A stretch of DNA of 62,576 bases, filler included, from Candidatus Nanoarchaeia archaeon (GTDB lineage: Archaea; Nanobdellota; Nanobdellia; Woesearchaeales; DATDTY01), in assembly GCA_035290625.1 (NCBI GenBank). It is 6 parts of 6 records of this genome, joined end to end, with 100 filler letters (N's around TTAATTAATTAA, not from the genome) between each part and the next. Parts side by side here need not be neighbours in the genome. Positions count along the whole stretch, not along the records: positions 26,001 to 36,001 come from DATDTY010000060.1; positions 36,102 to 40,348 come from DATDTY010000062.1; positions 40,449 to 44,911 come from DATDTY010000063.1; 3 more parts are not named here. One strand, written 5' to 3'. The notes beneath the pieces were generated by a model. It was not told where the DNA came from and did not search any database. It worked only from the letters and a program-made list of their open reading frames with translations. The position numbers and the translations under genes were made by a program. Position 1 is the first letter of the stretch. Every line of letters begins with the position of its first letter. Shown piece by piece: positions 29,274 to 44,418 of this stretch.

Positions 29274-30119
29274 ATGGCGTATGTGAAGGCGAAGCCTGTT
29301 TTGGTTAGTGGTATCTTTGTGCTTGCTGCGTCTTCTGTCTCTGCTGTTCAAATCCTTGGAGAGGAATATCCTCTGCTTATCCTGTTGCCGATCCCGATTA
29401 TCGTTCTCATGATGCTCATCTTTGCTGTGCTTCTCATCCGTGACCTCTTCCGCAAACGATCGCCTAAGAAACCGGAACTGCGGCCTCTGGCTGGGGCTCC
29501 TCCAAAGCGATGGCACGGTTTCAGGACATTGTTCCGTAAGCCTTCGGGAAGCATCCCTGAGCTCAGGCATCTTGAATCATACGAACACGCACTTGAGATT
29601 ATTGATGAACTTGAGCAGGATCTTGCTTATACTGATTCTTACACAGTCTTTGAGAGGCTTATCCAAACCATCAGGAGATTTTTTGCAGACTACCTCAACA
29701 TCAATTATGAATTCACGTATGAGGAACTTGAGCAGGAATTGGCAAAGAACAACAAGGACATCATCTTTTTTTCAAAAAATCTTTCCAAGCTCCAGTACAG
29801 CCAGGATGGATATTCCAAAAATGAGCTTCGCGGCCTTATTGGAGAATTTCGGTCCATCATCATGAAGCTTGCTGACCGCAAACGATCCCAGCTTAAAGGC
29901 ATATTTAAATCTGAGGCAGACCACCATGAAAAGGTCAAGAAAATCGACGATTTGCTGGCCAAGGGGCGGCAAACCCTCCAGGACAATCCAAGGGAAGCAG
30001 TTGGAGTCTATCGTGATATCTATACTGCCTACCAGAACCTCGCTTCATCGGAGAAACAGATTGTTGGGCAGCGGATTCGGGCATTTTATTCTGATCTTCA
30101 GCAGCATCTGAAAGGGTAA
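29274..30119 (+). CDS. Hypothetical membrane-anchored protein
   Basis: Signal/TM N-terminus and helical C-terminus. Confidence 0.7.
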   Translation: MAYVKAKPVLVSGIFVLAASSVSAVQILGEEYPLLILLPIPIIVLMMLIFAVLLIRDLFRKRSPKKPELRPLAGAPPKRWHGFRTLFRKPSGSIPELRHLESYEHALEIIDELEQDLAYTDSYTVFERLIQTIRRFFADYLNINYEFTYEELEQELAKNNKDIIFFSKNLSKLQYSQDGYSKNELRGLIGEFRSIIMKLADRKRSQLKGIFKSEADHHEKVKKIDDLLAKGRQTLQDNPREAVGVYRDIYTAYQNLASSEKQIVGQRIRAFYSDLQQHLKG

Positions 30120-30318
30120 GCTTGGCGCAAATCTTAACTCGACAGTGGCAATATGTTGTTAATGCTCATTACTATCAACTGAGAAAAGTCTTATTTTATC
30201 GGAAGGGAATGGGCGCTTGCCTTATGTCAATAGGTACCCATTCACCCCAAATAGGAAGTAATAAATAAGACTTCCATCTTAAGGATACTGCTTAAAATAT
30301 TAACCAAGGAGGTGAAAA

Positions 30319-30888
30319 ATGAAGCAGAAAAACTCGAAAAACTCGACCTATTTAGTTTTGATTCTAGCCGCTGTGGCAATATTCTTATTAGGCTATGTCC
30401 AGAGTTCGGGCATAACCGGGGAAGCAAAAAATCCTCTGGTAAAAACACAGTGCAACGATGGCGTGGACAACGATGGAGATGGCTATTGTGATTATTTGAC
30501 TAAAAGCACAAGATGTAGAGATGGCTCTCTACCTGGTGATGCAGACTGTGCAAGCAAGGAAGACAACAAGGAATTGCCAGACTGTGAGCCTGTGCCAGAA
30601 AGATGCGACGGCTTTGACAATAACTGCAATGGCCAGGCTGATGAAAATCTGTCAATAGCATGCAGCACAGCAGGCGATTGCGGGCAATCAGGATGGACAG
30701 GCACTCCGTATTGCGGGGGTGATGGAAATGTGCACAGGGAATTCACGAGTTATGCGTGCAGTTTCCCAGGAACCTGCAGTTCAAGCTGCTCCAGCCAGAC
30801 CGTAGATTATGTATACCAATGGTGCTCAAATTGGTGCTTGAGCGGACAGTGCTTGCCTAGTGGAAATCAAACAAATTCCACGGGTTGA
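30319..30888 (+). CDS. Secreted Cys-rich protein with putative metal-binding repeats
   Basis: TM plus ITG; CNDGVDNDGDG..D and E.CDG.DNNCNG..DE repeats. Confidence 0.8.
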   Translation: MKQKNSKNSTYLVLILAAVAIFLLGYVQSSGITGEAKNPLVKTQCNDGVDNDGDGYCDYLTKSTRCRDGSLPGDADCASKEDNKELPDCEPVPERCDGFDNNCNGQADENLSIACSTAGDCGQSGWTGTPYCGGDGNVHREFTSYACSFPGTCSSSCSSQTVDYVYQWCSNWCLSGQCLPSGNQTNSTG

Positions 30889-31010
30889 TTTTTTTATTTT
30901 TTTTATTTTATATTTTGGTGCCATGATTGCTACTGCTTTTTTGTGAGTGCTCCCCCCCGATTGGTCTTGATGGCCCTCCGGGCTTGTTGGGATCGTGCGG
31001 CCCCTGCGCC

Positions 31011-36001
<4,991 letters not shown>

Positions 36002-36297
36002 NNNNNNNNNNNNNNNNNNNNNNNNNNNNNNNNNNNNNNNNNNNNTTAATTAATTAANNNNNNNNNNNNNNNNNNNNNNNNNNNNNNNNNNNNNNNNNNN
36101 NATAGCTAAAGCTACTCAGATCTGTCTGTATCATTTGATCTTCCTCCGAAGGATAGCACAGCTTCAACGCTTTTTGGCTATCCTTCGGTTTTCTTTAAGA
36201 AAAAGGAGATTTTATGTTTTCCCACTTAAGTTGACTTAACCGCAAAAAAGCAACATTTATAAAGGAAAATATTAATATTAGTATAAAAGGTGGAAAT

Positions 36298-36537
36298 ATG
36301 GAGAAAAAACCAATTATTGTTTTTGATGATTCTGTTAAATCTAAAGTAATCAGTTCTTTGGGATTTAAAGAAGATGCAGAATCAAACTTAGTTGAAAACG
36401 ATGGCAAATTAGCAACCTCCCAAGATTTTGAAAGTATTACTTCTGGTGAATTTGGGGGGGTTTTGCAGGGTTCAAAAATCCCTATAAAAAATAAAGATTC
36501 TGAACTTGTTAAATATTTTATCTCTGGTAAATGTTAA
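36298..36537 (+). CDS. Hypothetical protein (AT-rich)
   Basis: 79 aa with a GGTGG RBS. Confidence 0.65.
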   Translation: MEKKPIIVFDDSVKSKVISSLGFKEDAESNLVENDGKLATSQDFESITSGEFGGVLQGSKIPIKNKDSELVKYFISGKC

Positions 36538-36538
36538 A

Positions 36539-37342
36539 ATGGGGTTCTGGGATTTCTTAAAAGGAATAATCCCTGAAAAATTCATTAATATAGACAATAG
36601 GAAAATCGAGATTAATAATTCTTCAATCAATTTTGGTGACCAAACTATTAATGATCCAAAAATAGTTGATAATGTGTTAGATAAATTAGCAGAATATAAG
36701 GATAAAGATAGTTTGCCTTGTCAAGTAATTCATAAAGATCTAGATAACAGTTATACCGAATACGAAGAAATAACCATTGATCAAAAAGAAAGTTTGAAAA
36801 AACTGAGAACCGTGTTACCAGAAGAAGAGATTGAATGTATTTTAATGGCTAGGCGTGTAAAACTAGCATACGATAAAAAGGATGCTGAGTTGGCTAAAAA
36901 ATTACATAAACAGTTAATTGACAACTATCCAAGAAAAGGGAACAAAGTTTATAATCTTATCGGAGGAGGTTATTTCGACGAGATGATAATCCCTTTCATC
37001 GAAATATTTAAGTCACAATATGACGATAAATCTGCAGAAGAATATAGGAAGTTTTATTATGACATAATCAAATTTTTCCCTCTTGCATTCTTTGTAGGCA
37101 ATGGTACAACAACAAATCAAATTGTTGATGGCATAAATGATAGATTAAAACTATCTGTGCCTTTTGTTAGATTACATGCAATAGGCAGTAATAACATTGA
37201 AAAGATTGAAGAAGCGTTAGAATCAGTAAACATTGGCGGTAACTACTCAATAAAAGATAACCGCTTCACAAGTCCAATAGGCCTGAAAGCCCAAATTTTG
37301 GAAATTAAAATAAAGAAGTCTGATGAAAGTAAAGAAAGTTAA
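36539..37342 (+). CDS. Hypothetical protein (AT-rich)
   Basis: 267-aa ORF starting 1 nt after the upstream stop. Confidence 0.75.
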   Translation: MGFWDFLKGIIPEKFINIDNRKIEINNSSINFGDQTINDPKIVDNVLDKLAEYKDKDSLPCQVIHKDLDNSYTEYEEITIDQKESLKKLRTVLPEEEIECILMARRVKLAYDKKDAELAKKLHKQLIDNYPRKGNKVYNLIGGGYFDEMIIPFIEIFKSQYDDKSAEEYRKFYYDIIKFFPLAFFVGNGTTTNQIVDGINDRLKLSVPFVRLHAIGSNNIEKIEEALESVNIGGNYSIKDNRFTSPIGLKAQILEIKIKKSDESKES

Positions 37343-37422
37343 GAGCACCCCTTCTATCTTTTAGCCCTCTTTCCCGATTGAAACTAACAACCTTTATAAA
37401 CCACACCTCTCCTCTACAATCC

Positions 37423-38832
37423 ATGTTTAAGGAAAAACTCCAGAGAATCAACGATTTTGAGCTTGTTCTCCCAAAGTCTGCAAGGGAAGGCATGAATGTA
37501 GATGCCAAGATTATAGCAAATGAGGCTATTATCAATGCGATTGAGGATGATGCTATCAAGCAGCTCACGAATGTAGCAATGATGCCCGGCGTTGTGGAGC
37601 CGGTTGTTGCAATGTCAGATTGCCACTGGGGGTATGGGCTGCCAGTAGGAAGTGTTGCTGCCTTTGATGCTGAAAAAGGCATGATCTCTGCAGGACTATG
37701 CGGCTTTGACATCAACTGCGGGATTCATGTCCTTAAGACAAATTTAACTGCAGACGAGATCCGTGAGAAATCGCAGGAGCTCTGCAATGAGTTATTCAGG
37801 GCAGTGCCGTGCGGCGTTGGAGGAACGGGAAAGCTGAGGATCACCAATGAGCAGCTTGATGAGGTCTTTGTGAATGGTGTTGATTGGGCGATAGAGAACG
37901 AATTTGGGACTGTAAAAGACAAGAAGCAGATTGAGGAGAAAGGCCACATGGAAGGCGCTGACCCAAAAAAAGTATCAGATCTTGCCAGAAAGCGAGGCCA
38001 CGCGCAGCTTGGGACCTTAGGCGCGGGAAATCATTTCATCGAGATCCAGAGAGTCGATCAGGTGTACGATGAGAAGACTGCAAAAAAATGGGGAATCGGA
38101 GAGGTTGACCAGGGACTAGTCATGATTCATTGCGGAAGCAGGGGATTAGGCCACCAGATAGCGACAGACTATCTTAAAGTGCAGGAAGCAGCAGTAAAAA
38201 AATACAAGATTACGCTTGCAGACAGGCAGCTTGCCTGCGCTCCCATTGCCTCTCAGGAGGGCCAGGACTATTTTAAGGCAATGATATGCGCTGTAAATTA
38301 TTCATTTACCAACAAGCTTGTCATGACCCAATGGATCAGGGAAACATTTGCTAAAGTGTTTAAGAGAGACTGGGAATCCATGGACATGTCAACTGTTTAC
38401 GGGATTGCGCATAATGTTGTCAAGAAAGAGAAGTATATGATTGATGGGGCAAAGAAAGAGGTGTATGTCCATAGAAAAGGAGCTACGCGCAGCTTTCCCG
38501 ATGAGCCAGTCTTGATTGCAGGCAGCATGGGAACTGCATCATATATCCTGAAAGGAACAGAGGCTGCCTTGCTGAAATCCTTCGGCAGTTCTGCGCATGG
38601 CGCAGGAAGAGCGATGTCGCGAACCCAGGCATTAAGGGATTTTGACGGAAGGAAGCTTGAGAAGGAATTGAACAGCAGAGGGATCGCAACCAAAGCCTCA
38701 ACTCCGAGATCCCTTGCAGAGGAAGCTCCTAAAGCCTATAAGGATGTTGACGCAGTCATTGATTCGATCCACGGAGCAGGCATCTCTTCCAAAGTGATCA
38801 GGATGACTCCTTTGGGTGTTGTGAAAGGGTAA
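37423..38832 (+). CDS. rtcB: RNA-splicing ligase RtcB
   Basis: D.H.GYG.P.G, G.DINCG, LGTLG.GNHF.E, H.GSRG.GH, HN, HRKGAT, HGAGR, EEAP.AYK. Confidence 0.96.
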   Translation: MFKEKLQRINDFELVLPKSAREGMNVDAKIIANEAIINAIEDDAIKQLTNVAMMPGVVEPVVAMSDCHWGYGLPVGSVAAFDAEKGMISAGLCGFDINCGIHVLKTNLTADEIREKSQELCNELFRAVPCGVGGTGKLRITNEQLDEVFVNGVDWAIENEFGTVKDKKQIEEKGHMEGADPKKVSDLARKRGHAQLGTLGAGNHFIEIQRVDQVYDEKTAKKWGIGEVDQGLVMIHCGSRGLGHQIATDYLKVQEAAVKKYKITLADRQLACAPIASQEGQDYFKAMICAVNYSFTNKLVMTQWIRETFAKVFKRDWESMDMSTVYGIAHNVVKKEKYMIDGAKKEVYVHRKGATRSFPDEPVLIAGSMGTASYILKGTEAALLKSFGSSAHGAGRAMSRTQALRDFDGRKLEKELNSRGIATKASTPRSLAEEAPKAYKDVDAVIDSIHGAGISSKVIRMTPLGVVKG

Positions 38833-38891
38833 TAGGGAATGGCCTCTCTGAAACCACAATATTAATAAACAAAGGTTCATTTATTCTTCAT

Positions 38892-39116
38892 ATGGCAAAA
38901 ACATTTCATGTGATCATAGAGCAGGATGAAGACGGGGGCTATGTAGGAAAGGTTCTAGAGCTTCAGGGCTGCCTTAGCCAGGGAGACACATTAGATGAAT
39001 TAATGAAGAATATTAAAGAAGCTATTGAGCTTTGCCTTGAAGTGCAAGAAGATGAAAAGAAAACAGTCGAGGAGGAAAGCATTAAGTTTGTTGGAGTTCA
39101 AGAGATTATTGTCTGA
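38892..39116 (+). CDS. hicB: HicB family antitoxin
   Basis: VIIEQDEDGGY...V.EL.GC.SQG.T.DE...NI.EAI. Confidence 0.92.
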   Translation: MAKTFHVIIEQDEDGGYVGKVLELQGCLSQGDTLDELMKNIKEAIELCLEVQEDEKKTVEEESIKFVGVQEIIV

Positions 39117-39343
39117 TGAAGCTTCCTCTGCTTTCTTCTAAAGAGCTTTGCAAATTTCTTGAGAAAGAGGGTTTTCAGTGCATTAGGCAAAAAGGAAGCC
39201 ATAGATTCTATCGGCATCCTGATAAGAGAACAACAGTAGTGCCTATGCACACCAACAAGGACATTAAACGAAGCCTGTTAAAAGGAATCTTGAATGAGAT
39301 AGGTATAGAGAGGAAGGAGTTTTTTAGGAAATATACGGGATGA
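39116..39343 (+). CDS. hicA: HicA family toxin
   Basis: GF...RQKGSH...HPD...VVP.H. Confidence 0.93.
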   Translation: MKLPLLSSKELCKFLEKEGFQCIRQKGSHRFYRHPDKRTTVVPMHTNKDIKRSLLKGILNEIGIERKEFFRKYTG

Positions 39344-39419
39344 AGCTGAATGACTCCTTTGGGTGTTGTGAAAGGGTGAGGGAAACCTCAGCATATGCCA
39401 TTGGCATGCCGCCTTATTA

Positions 39420-40142
39420 TTACTTGTCTCTGAAAACCGTCTGCTTGTACATAATCTGGAATGCCTCGCAGAATTTGATGTCACGGTTAATCGGATAGGC
39501 ATTCATAGCCCGGAACGCAGCCAATGTAGAGATGTCATCCAGTATGGTTTTTCCAAGAATGGGGAACTGCGATATTTGAGTCTTCATAGCAGTAATTTTA
39601 CGTTGGATCTCATGATCAATAACGACAAAGAGATAGAGATCTGGACGAACTTGAAGAGTGCTCCTAGGGTTCTCTCCGTACAATAAGGCTGCGCAGACAG
39701 AAGAACCCCAATCAGGACGTATTGGTTCAGAAGCCTGAAACCTTGCAGGCCGGCTAAACTGCGCACTCCACATATGGTCCGGATGGTTATAATCTTCATG
39801 CATGGTGACGATGGTATCAGGATGGAATTGACGTATGTGCTGCAGGAGGTCATTATAGGCATCTGAATGATTGTCATGGAGCGCCCGTGTATCATACGGC
39901 AGGATTATCCGCTTACTTACGCCGAGAATTTTGTCTGCCTCTTGAGATTCTTCCTTCCTCTCTTGCTTTAGCTTTTCAGAATCTTTCCTTGCAGCACCTC
40001 CATTTGTCAATGTAAGGTAACACACTTCTCCGCCGCTTTCTGCAACCTTGATCGTGAGGCCTGCAGCCATAAGGATGCCGTCATCTGCATGAGGCTCAAG
40101 AACAAGCAGCCTCTCGATGTTCCATTCGTCAACTCGAACCAT
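39420..40142 (-). CDS. PIG-L family deacetylase
   Basis: PHADD, LTNG, R..E, HPDH, SQ, EAF. Confidence 0.9.
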   Translation of the reverse strand: MVRVDEWNIERLLVLEPHADDGILMAAGLTIKVAESGGEVCYLTLTNGGAARKDSEKLKQERKEESQEADKILGVSKRIILPYDTRALHDNHSDAYNDLLQHIRQFHPDTIVTMHEDYNHPDHMWSAQFSRPARFQASEPIRPDWGSSVCAALLYGENPRSTLQVRPDLYLFVVIDHEIQRKITAMKTQISQFPILGKTILDDISTLAAFRAMNAYPINRDIKFCEAFQIMYKQTVFRDK

Positions 40143-40203
40143 TCCCTGCAAGAATCAGCAACCGCTTAAAAAGCTTTTGCGTGGTTTGGCTCTGAAGACA
40201 AGA

Positions 40204-40348
40204 GGACAGGGTTAAGTCAACACGCGTGTGTTGACTTTCTTTGATTGTAGTGGTAGAACCATAGCCCAAAGAATGCTTGAGCGCCTCCCAAACTCTGGAA
40301 TGTGCTGAACCACTTAACCCTTCGTTTAATCTCTCTATTCAGCCTCTC
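40204..40348 (-). mobile_element. DDE transposase C-terminus and IS end (IS6-like), truncated by gap
   Basis: ERLNREIKRRVKWFSTFQS...A.AF...YHYN; element end starts GG (ggacagggttaag). Confidence 0.65.
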
Positions 40349-40448
40349 NNNNNNNNNNNNNNNNNNNNNNNNNNNNNNNNNNNNNNNNNNNNTTAATTAA
40401 TTAANNNNNNNNNNNNNNNNNNNNNNNNNNNNNNNNNNNNNNNNNNNN

Positions 40449-40589
40449 GGAGCCATATGATTTTAGCGAAGCGACCCGAAGGGGAAAATCATAATGAGCG
40501 AGAAAAAAGTAGCTTTCTTCCACATTTGCCGAAGGCGCTTGCGATAGCTTTTCCTAAGAGGCTTCAGCCGTAAGGCTGGAGAGTTTCAC
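40449..40589 (+). mobile_element. Hairpin-rich contig end, possibly an IS200/IS605-type right-end remnant
   Basis: gcgaagc and ccgaagg mini-hairpins; ends ggcttcagcc...ggagagtttcac. Confidence 0.35.
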
Positions 40590-40600
40590 TCCTATAAAAA

Positions 40601-40942
40601 ATGAAACCCCTAAAATTCGCAGAACCACTTGCACGCCTTATCCTAGAAGGTAAGAAAGACACAACCTGGAGAATAAACGATGATAAAGATATTCAAGAGA
40701 ATGATGAACTCTCATTATGTTATAACGATGGAAAGGAATTCACAAAAGCAAAAGTTACAGAGGTAAGAGAAACAATATTTGAAAACCTGAGTGAAAAAAA
40801 CAAAGAAGGCCATGAAACATTCAGATTTGACAAGGAGATGCACAAAACCTACTCTTCTTACTATCATGTTCATGTCAAGCCATCCACTCTTGTCAAGGTC
40901 ATCAAATTCAAGCTGGAACCGCCTCCGCAACAAGCTTTATAA
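40601..40942 (+). CDS. ASCH domain protein
   Basis: LKF...L...IL.G.K.TT.R, G.E.F, Y..YY, VI.F. Confidence 0.85.
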   Translation: MKPLKFAEPLARLILEGKKDTTWRINDDKDIQENDELSLCYNDGKEFTKAKVTEVRETIFENLSEKNKEGHETFRFDKEMHKTYSSYYHVHVKPSTLVKVIKFKLEPPPQQAL

Positions 40943-41080
40943 ATCCCAAATCCTCAAGTGCCTCTATACTCACGGGCAAATATAATCGAGCAATTGTTGC
41001 CCGTTCGTAATAAGTAAAGGCAATAATTTATGCTCAATTATTTGTTACCTTTACTATACAACAAAAAAGAGGTGCGTAGT

Positions 41081-41275
41081 ATGGAAAAAAACGCATTGGA
41101 CTGGATCAGCCTGATCCTTGTCATCATTGGCGGGCTGAACTGGGGCCTTGTCGGGCTCTTTGACCTGAATCTGGTGGAGACTATCTTAGGATCTATTCCG
41201 ATCCTCCCGAAGATAGTCTACATCCTTGTCGGGCTGGCGGCGCTCTACACCATCTATTATGTATCCAAGAACTGA
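41081..41275 (+). CDS. DUF378 family membrane protein
   Basis: LVIIGGLNWGLVGLF..NLV...IVYILVGLA. Confidence 0.93.
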   Translation: MEKNALDWISLILVIIGGLNWGLVGLFDLNLVETILGSIPILPKIVYILVGLAALYTIYYVSKN

Positions 41276-41341
41276 TTTTTCTTTTTCTCTTTTTTGATTG
41301 TGTACCAAAAGCTAATAAACTTAAGCTTTCTCTGATCCTCC

Positions 41342-41944
41342 ATGAAGCTTTTGGCATTCACTGACACGCATGGAAGCAGCAAGGCCATCAACGAACTCGC
41401 GAAAAGGGTGAAGCAGGACGATCCTGAAGCGCTGATTTGTGCTGGCGATGTCTCAATCTTTGCCAACAACCTCAAGAGCATCTTGGAGAAGATCAGCAGC
41501 CTTGGAAAGATATGCTTTATCATCCACGGAAACCACGAGACAGAGACCGAGATGAAGGCTGCATGCTCGGGCTTTGAGAGCATCATCTTCCTCCATAGAA
41601 AGAGCGCAGCATTCAAACACTGCATTTTTCTTGGCTGGGGAGGGGGAGGATTTTCGACCACTGATAAGGAGTTTGAGCGCTTCATTCCTAAATTTGAGAA
41701 GGAGATCAGGAGCAATCCCGGGAAAAAGGTGATTCTCATCACCCATGGGCCTCCGTATGGAACAAAGCTTGACAAGCTTATCGGAGGCTATTGCGGGAGC
41801 AAGAGCTATCGTGCGTTCCTTGAGAAGAATCCTGTTGACCTCCACATCTGCGGCCATATCCATGAAAACGAGGACAAGCACGACAAGGTAGGACATGCAA
41901 GAATCCTCAATCCCGGGCCGTTTGGAAAGATTGTGGTGATATGA
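41342..41944 (+). CDS. Metallophosphoesterase
   Basis: DTHG, AGD, GNHE, H.PP, GHIHE, NPG. Confidence 0.93.
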   Translation: MKLLAFTDTHGSSKAINELAKRVKQDDPEALICAGDVSIFANNLKSILEKISSLGKICFIIHGNHETETEMKAACSGFESIIFLHRKSAAFKHCIFLGWGGGGFSTTDKEFERFIPKFEKEIRSNPGKKVILITHGPPYGTKLDKLIGGYCGSKSYRAFLEKNPVDLHICGHIHENEDKHDKVGHARILNPGPFGKIVVI

Positions 41945-41997
41945 CAACGCTATAATCCGACGATAAGAATATAAACAAGCATCATTATACCTCTTCT

Positions 41998-42207
41998 ATG
42001 AAGATAGTCTATTCGGATCACGCTAAAAAGAGGTTACGGCAAAGAGGAGTCACAGAATTGGAAATTGAGCACGTGCTCAAATATCCAAAATATATTAAGA
42101 AGTCCTTTGAAGGAAGGAAGATTGCTGCAGGAGAGGCTAATAAAAGAGAACTCAAAATATCCTTTATCGAAAAGGAAAGCTATATAAAGATAATCACAGT
42201 ACTTTAG
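41998..42207 (+). CDS. DUF4258-like (RelE-fold) putative toxin
   Basis: YSDHAKKRL.QR...IITV. Confidence 0.8.
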   Translation: MKIVYSDHAKKRLRQRGVTELEIEHVLKYPKYIKKSFEGRKIAAGEANKRELKISFIEKESYIKIITVL

Positions 42208-42211
42208 GTTC

Positions 42212-42412
42212 ATGAAATTTGAATACGACAAAGACGCGGACGCAGCATATGTATACTTCCAGTACCCTATAAGAGATGGTGAAGCGAAGAATACCATTGA
42301 ATTAAATGATAACATAGTTCTTGATTTTGATGCACAAGGAAAGCTCCTCGGAGTTGAAATTCTCAATGCAAGTACTGTGTTAAAAAAGGAAGTTCTAAAG
42401 GCAAAGGCGTAG
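42212..42412 (+). CDS. DUF2283 family protein (putative antitoxin)
   Basis: YD..ADA.Y, LD.D..G.L.G.EIL.AS. Confidence 0.9.
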   Translation: MKFEYDKDADAAYVYFQYPIRDGEAKNTIELNDNIVLDFDAQGKLLGVEILNASTVLKKEVLKAKA

Positions 42413-42521
42413 TATCTTCGTCTTCTCCATACGTCGCATTGAAAGGTTCCAGCAGAAAAACGTTCTTAATGCTTTCTAGGGTGTGAACTGCACCAGATTT
42501 TGTTTGCCTCAAGCTGAGGTC

Positions 42522-43103
42522 TTACTGTTCATGCCTAAAAAATTTGGAATCCATTGAAGTGATGTAAATTTCATTTCTTGGGATGTAACCCATCACTTCT
42601 ATTCTCCTGCTTGTACCTCGTAGCTGTTTAGACTCAAAAGGATAGCAAGCTGCAGGAAATCTCCTTTTATCAATCATTATCATTTCTTCGGCGCTGATTT
42701 GCTCCAATGGCTTTAATCTATCTTTGATGCCATCAAAATCTTTTTGGCAAATGCATATCTTTGGATAAATGGTATCTTTGTGTTCTTCTCCTAGGTATTT
42801 CTCGTATACTTCATAAATAGCTTTAGTACATAGTTCACCGAACGTGTACTGATCCTTAAGAGTTAATACGGTGTCGCTATCTATCTCGGCCCTTGCAGCC
42901 CAGTCAGTCAAATACCCTTCTTTTAACATCATCAGGAAATCTTCTATTTGATACTCAGAAACTTTTTCCAGCTCTTCTTGGGTTATAGTTACTAAGGTAT
43001 CCCCTTTTTTTACTTTAAGACCCTCTTGGCCTCTTATGACCTTGAGAAGACCCTAACAAGGATCTTTCAGGTTATTATAGCACATTGCGCATTCTTGTGT
43101 CAT
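42522..43103 (-). pseudogene. Hypothetical gene with premature in-frame TAG
   Basis: GGAGG RBS and ATG at 43103; TAG at 43053-43055; frame stays open to 42522. Confidence 0.6.
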
Positions 43104-43155
43104 TTTTCCTCCTGTTCAAGGCGCGAAAATATTTTTTGGACCTGACGATGGACAT

Positions 43156-43548
43156 CTATCCATTGCGCTTCCGTTGCGCTTCCATCCGCGCTTCAATCTC
43201 CTTGATTTCTATCCTATAATGAGCCTGGTCTATTTGCTCTATTTCCCGGTATAGTTGCTCAGCCAGATGAAGTTTATACTTGGCCTCCCTCTTCTGTTCA
43301 AGTGAGAGTGTGTCAACATTCTCCATGACGGCGAGCGTCAAAGATTGAAGACGGCCCAAATAATCCATTTTTACATCTCCCCATTTAGTGTTATACGCCC
43401 GGCTATTTGCATAAGTTTGCGCGTTATCATTTACTTTTCCTGGAAGCTGAGATAATCCTCGCCCGATACTGATCATCTCTCTAATATGACCATCAATAAT
43501 TGCCGTCAAATCCTTTTCGTTATCCATCGTTGTTGCCTCCTCTATCAT
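43156..43548 (-). CDS. Hypothetical helical protein
   Basis: 130 aa, divergent from trmB; true start may be MDNEK after GAGG. Confidence 0.65.
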   Translation of the reverse strand: MIEEATTMDNEKDLTAIIDGHIREMISIGRGLSQLPGKVNDNAQTYANSRAYNTKWGDVKMDYLGRLQSLTLAVMENVDTLSLEQKREAKYKLHLAEQLYREIEQIDQAHYRIEIKEIEARMEAQRKRNG

Positions 43549-43668
43549 GATATAATGTTCAATCTCATTACTTCTTAGGAATCACACATACCTATATCAA
43601 TCTTATTCCCCCCTTAATACGGAATAAATAGCAAATCTTAAATACTTCCGGGCTCTTCTCCCTGCCTG

Positions 43669-44418
43669 ATGGACGCAACACTTCTTGAGCATGTAGGCTT
43701 CACCACCGGCGAAGTGAAGGTATACCTCGCCCTCCTGGAACTGGGGGAAACGACAACAGGGGCCATCATCAAGAAATCAAAGATTACGGGTTCTAAAGTC
43801 TATGAAATCTTGGATAAGCTAATCGAAAAGGGGCTTGTTTCATACATCCTCAGAGAGAAAACAAAATATTTTCAGTCTTCTTCTCCAAGAAGATTACTTG
43901 ATTATGTTAATAAAAAAGAGGGCGAGATAAACCACCAAAAGACAGAGATAGAGAAGATTATCCCATCACTGGAACAACTTCAAAAGTTCAAACAAAAAGG
44001 GCAATCTTCTCAAATATTTGAGGGTTACGATGGAATTAAGACAGTTTTTAATATGATCTTAGAAAATCTATCGCCAAATGAAGAATACTATGCATTTTCC
44101 TTAGGAGAAGAATTAAGGAATGAAAATTTGATGATATTTCTTCAAAATTATCATACTAAAAGGATAAAGAAGAAAATAAGAGTAAAGATTATAGCCAGCC
44201 AAAAAGAAAAATCTCTGTTTAATAAACTATCAAGATTAAAAGACCTCCAGGTTAGGTATCATAAAACTCCTGTTCCATTAGGGGTCTTTATCTTTAAAGA
44301 CCATGTCGCAACATTTACCTTCAAGGAGAAGCCTACTGCATTTTTAATCAAGAGCCAGCAGGTTTCTGCGTCCTATAGGGATTTTTTCAATGGGCTTTGG
44401 GCTGAGGCAAAGGCGTAG
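43669..44418 (+). CDS. TrmB-family transcriptional regulator
   Basis: G.T.GE.KVYLALLELG, SKVYEILDKLIEKGLV, IFEG..GIK. Confidence 0.92.
   Translation: MDATLLEHVGFTTGEVKVYLALLELGETTTGAIIKKSKITGSKVYEILDKLIEKGLVSYILREKTKYFQSSSPRRLLDYVNKKEGEINHQKTEIEKIIPSLEQLQKFKQKGQSSQIFEGYDGIKTVFNMILENLSPNEEYYAFSLGEELRNENLMIFLQNYHTKRIKKKIRVKIIASQKEKSLFNKLSRLKDLQVRYHKTPVPLGVFIFKDHVATFTFKEKPTAFLIKSQQVSASYRDFFNGLWAEAKA

Larger units (their letters stand above)
38803..39377 (+). repeat. 28-bp direct repeat of the rtcB 3' end bracketing hicBA
   Basis: atgactcctttgggtgttgtgaaagggt at 38803-38830 and 39350-39377. Confidence 0.9.

Noticed and set aside
42433..42448. gtcgcattgaaagg resembling the terminal IR of copies A/D
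   Set aside because: No partner IR or core motifs nearby; may be chance
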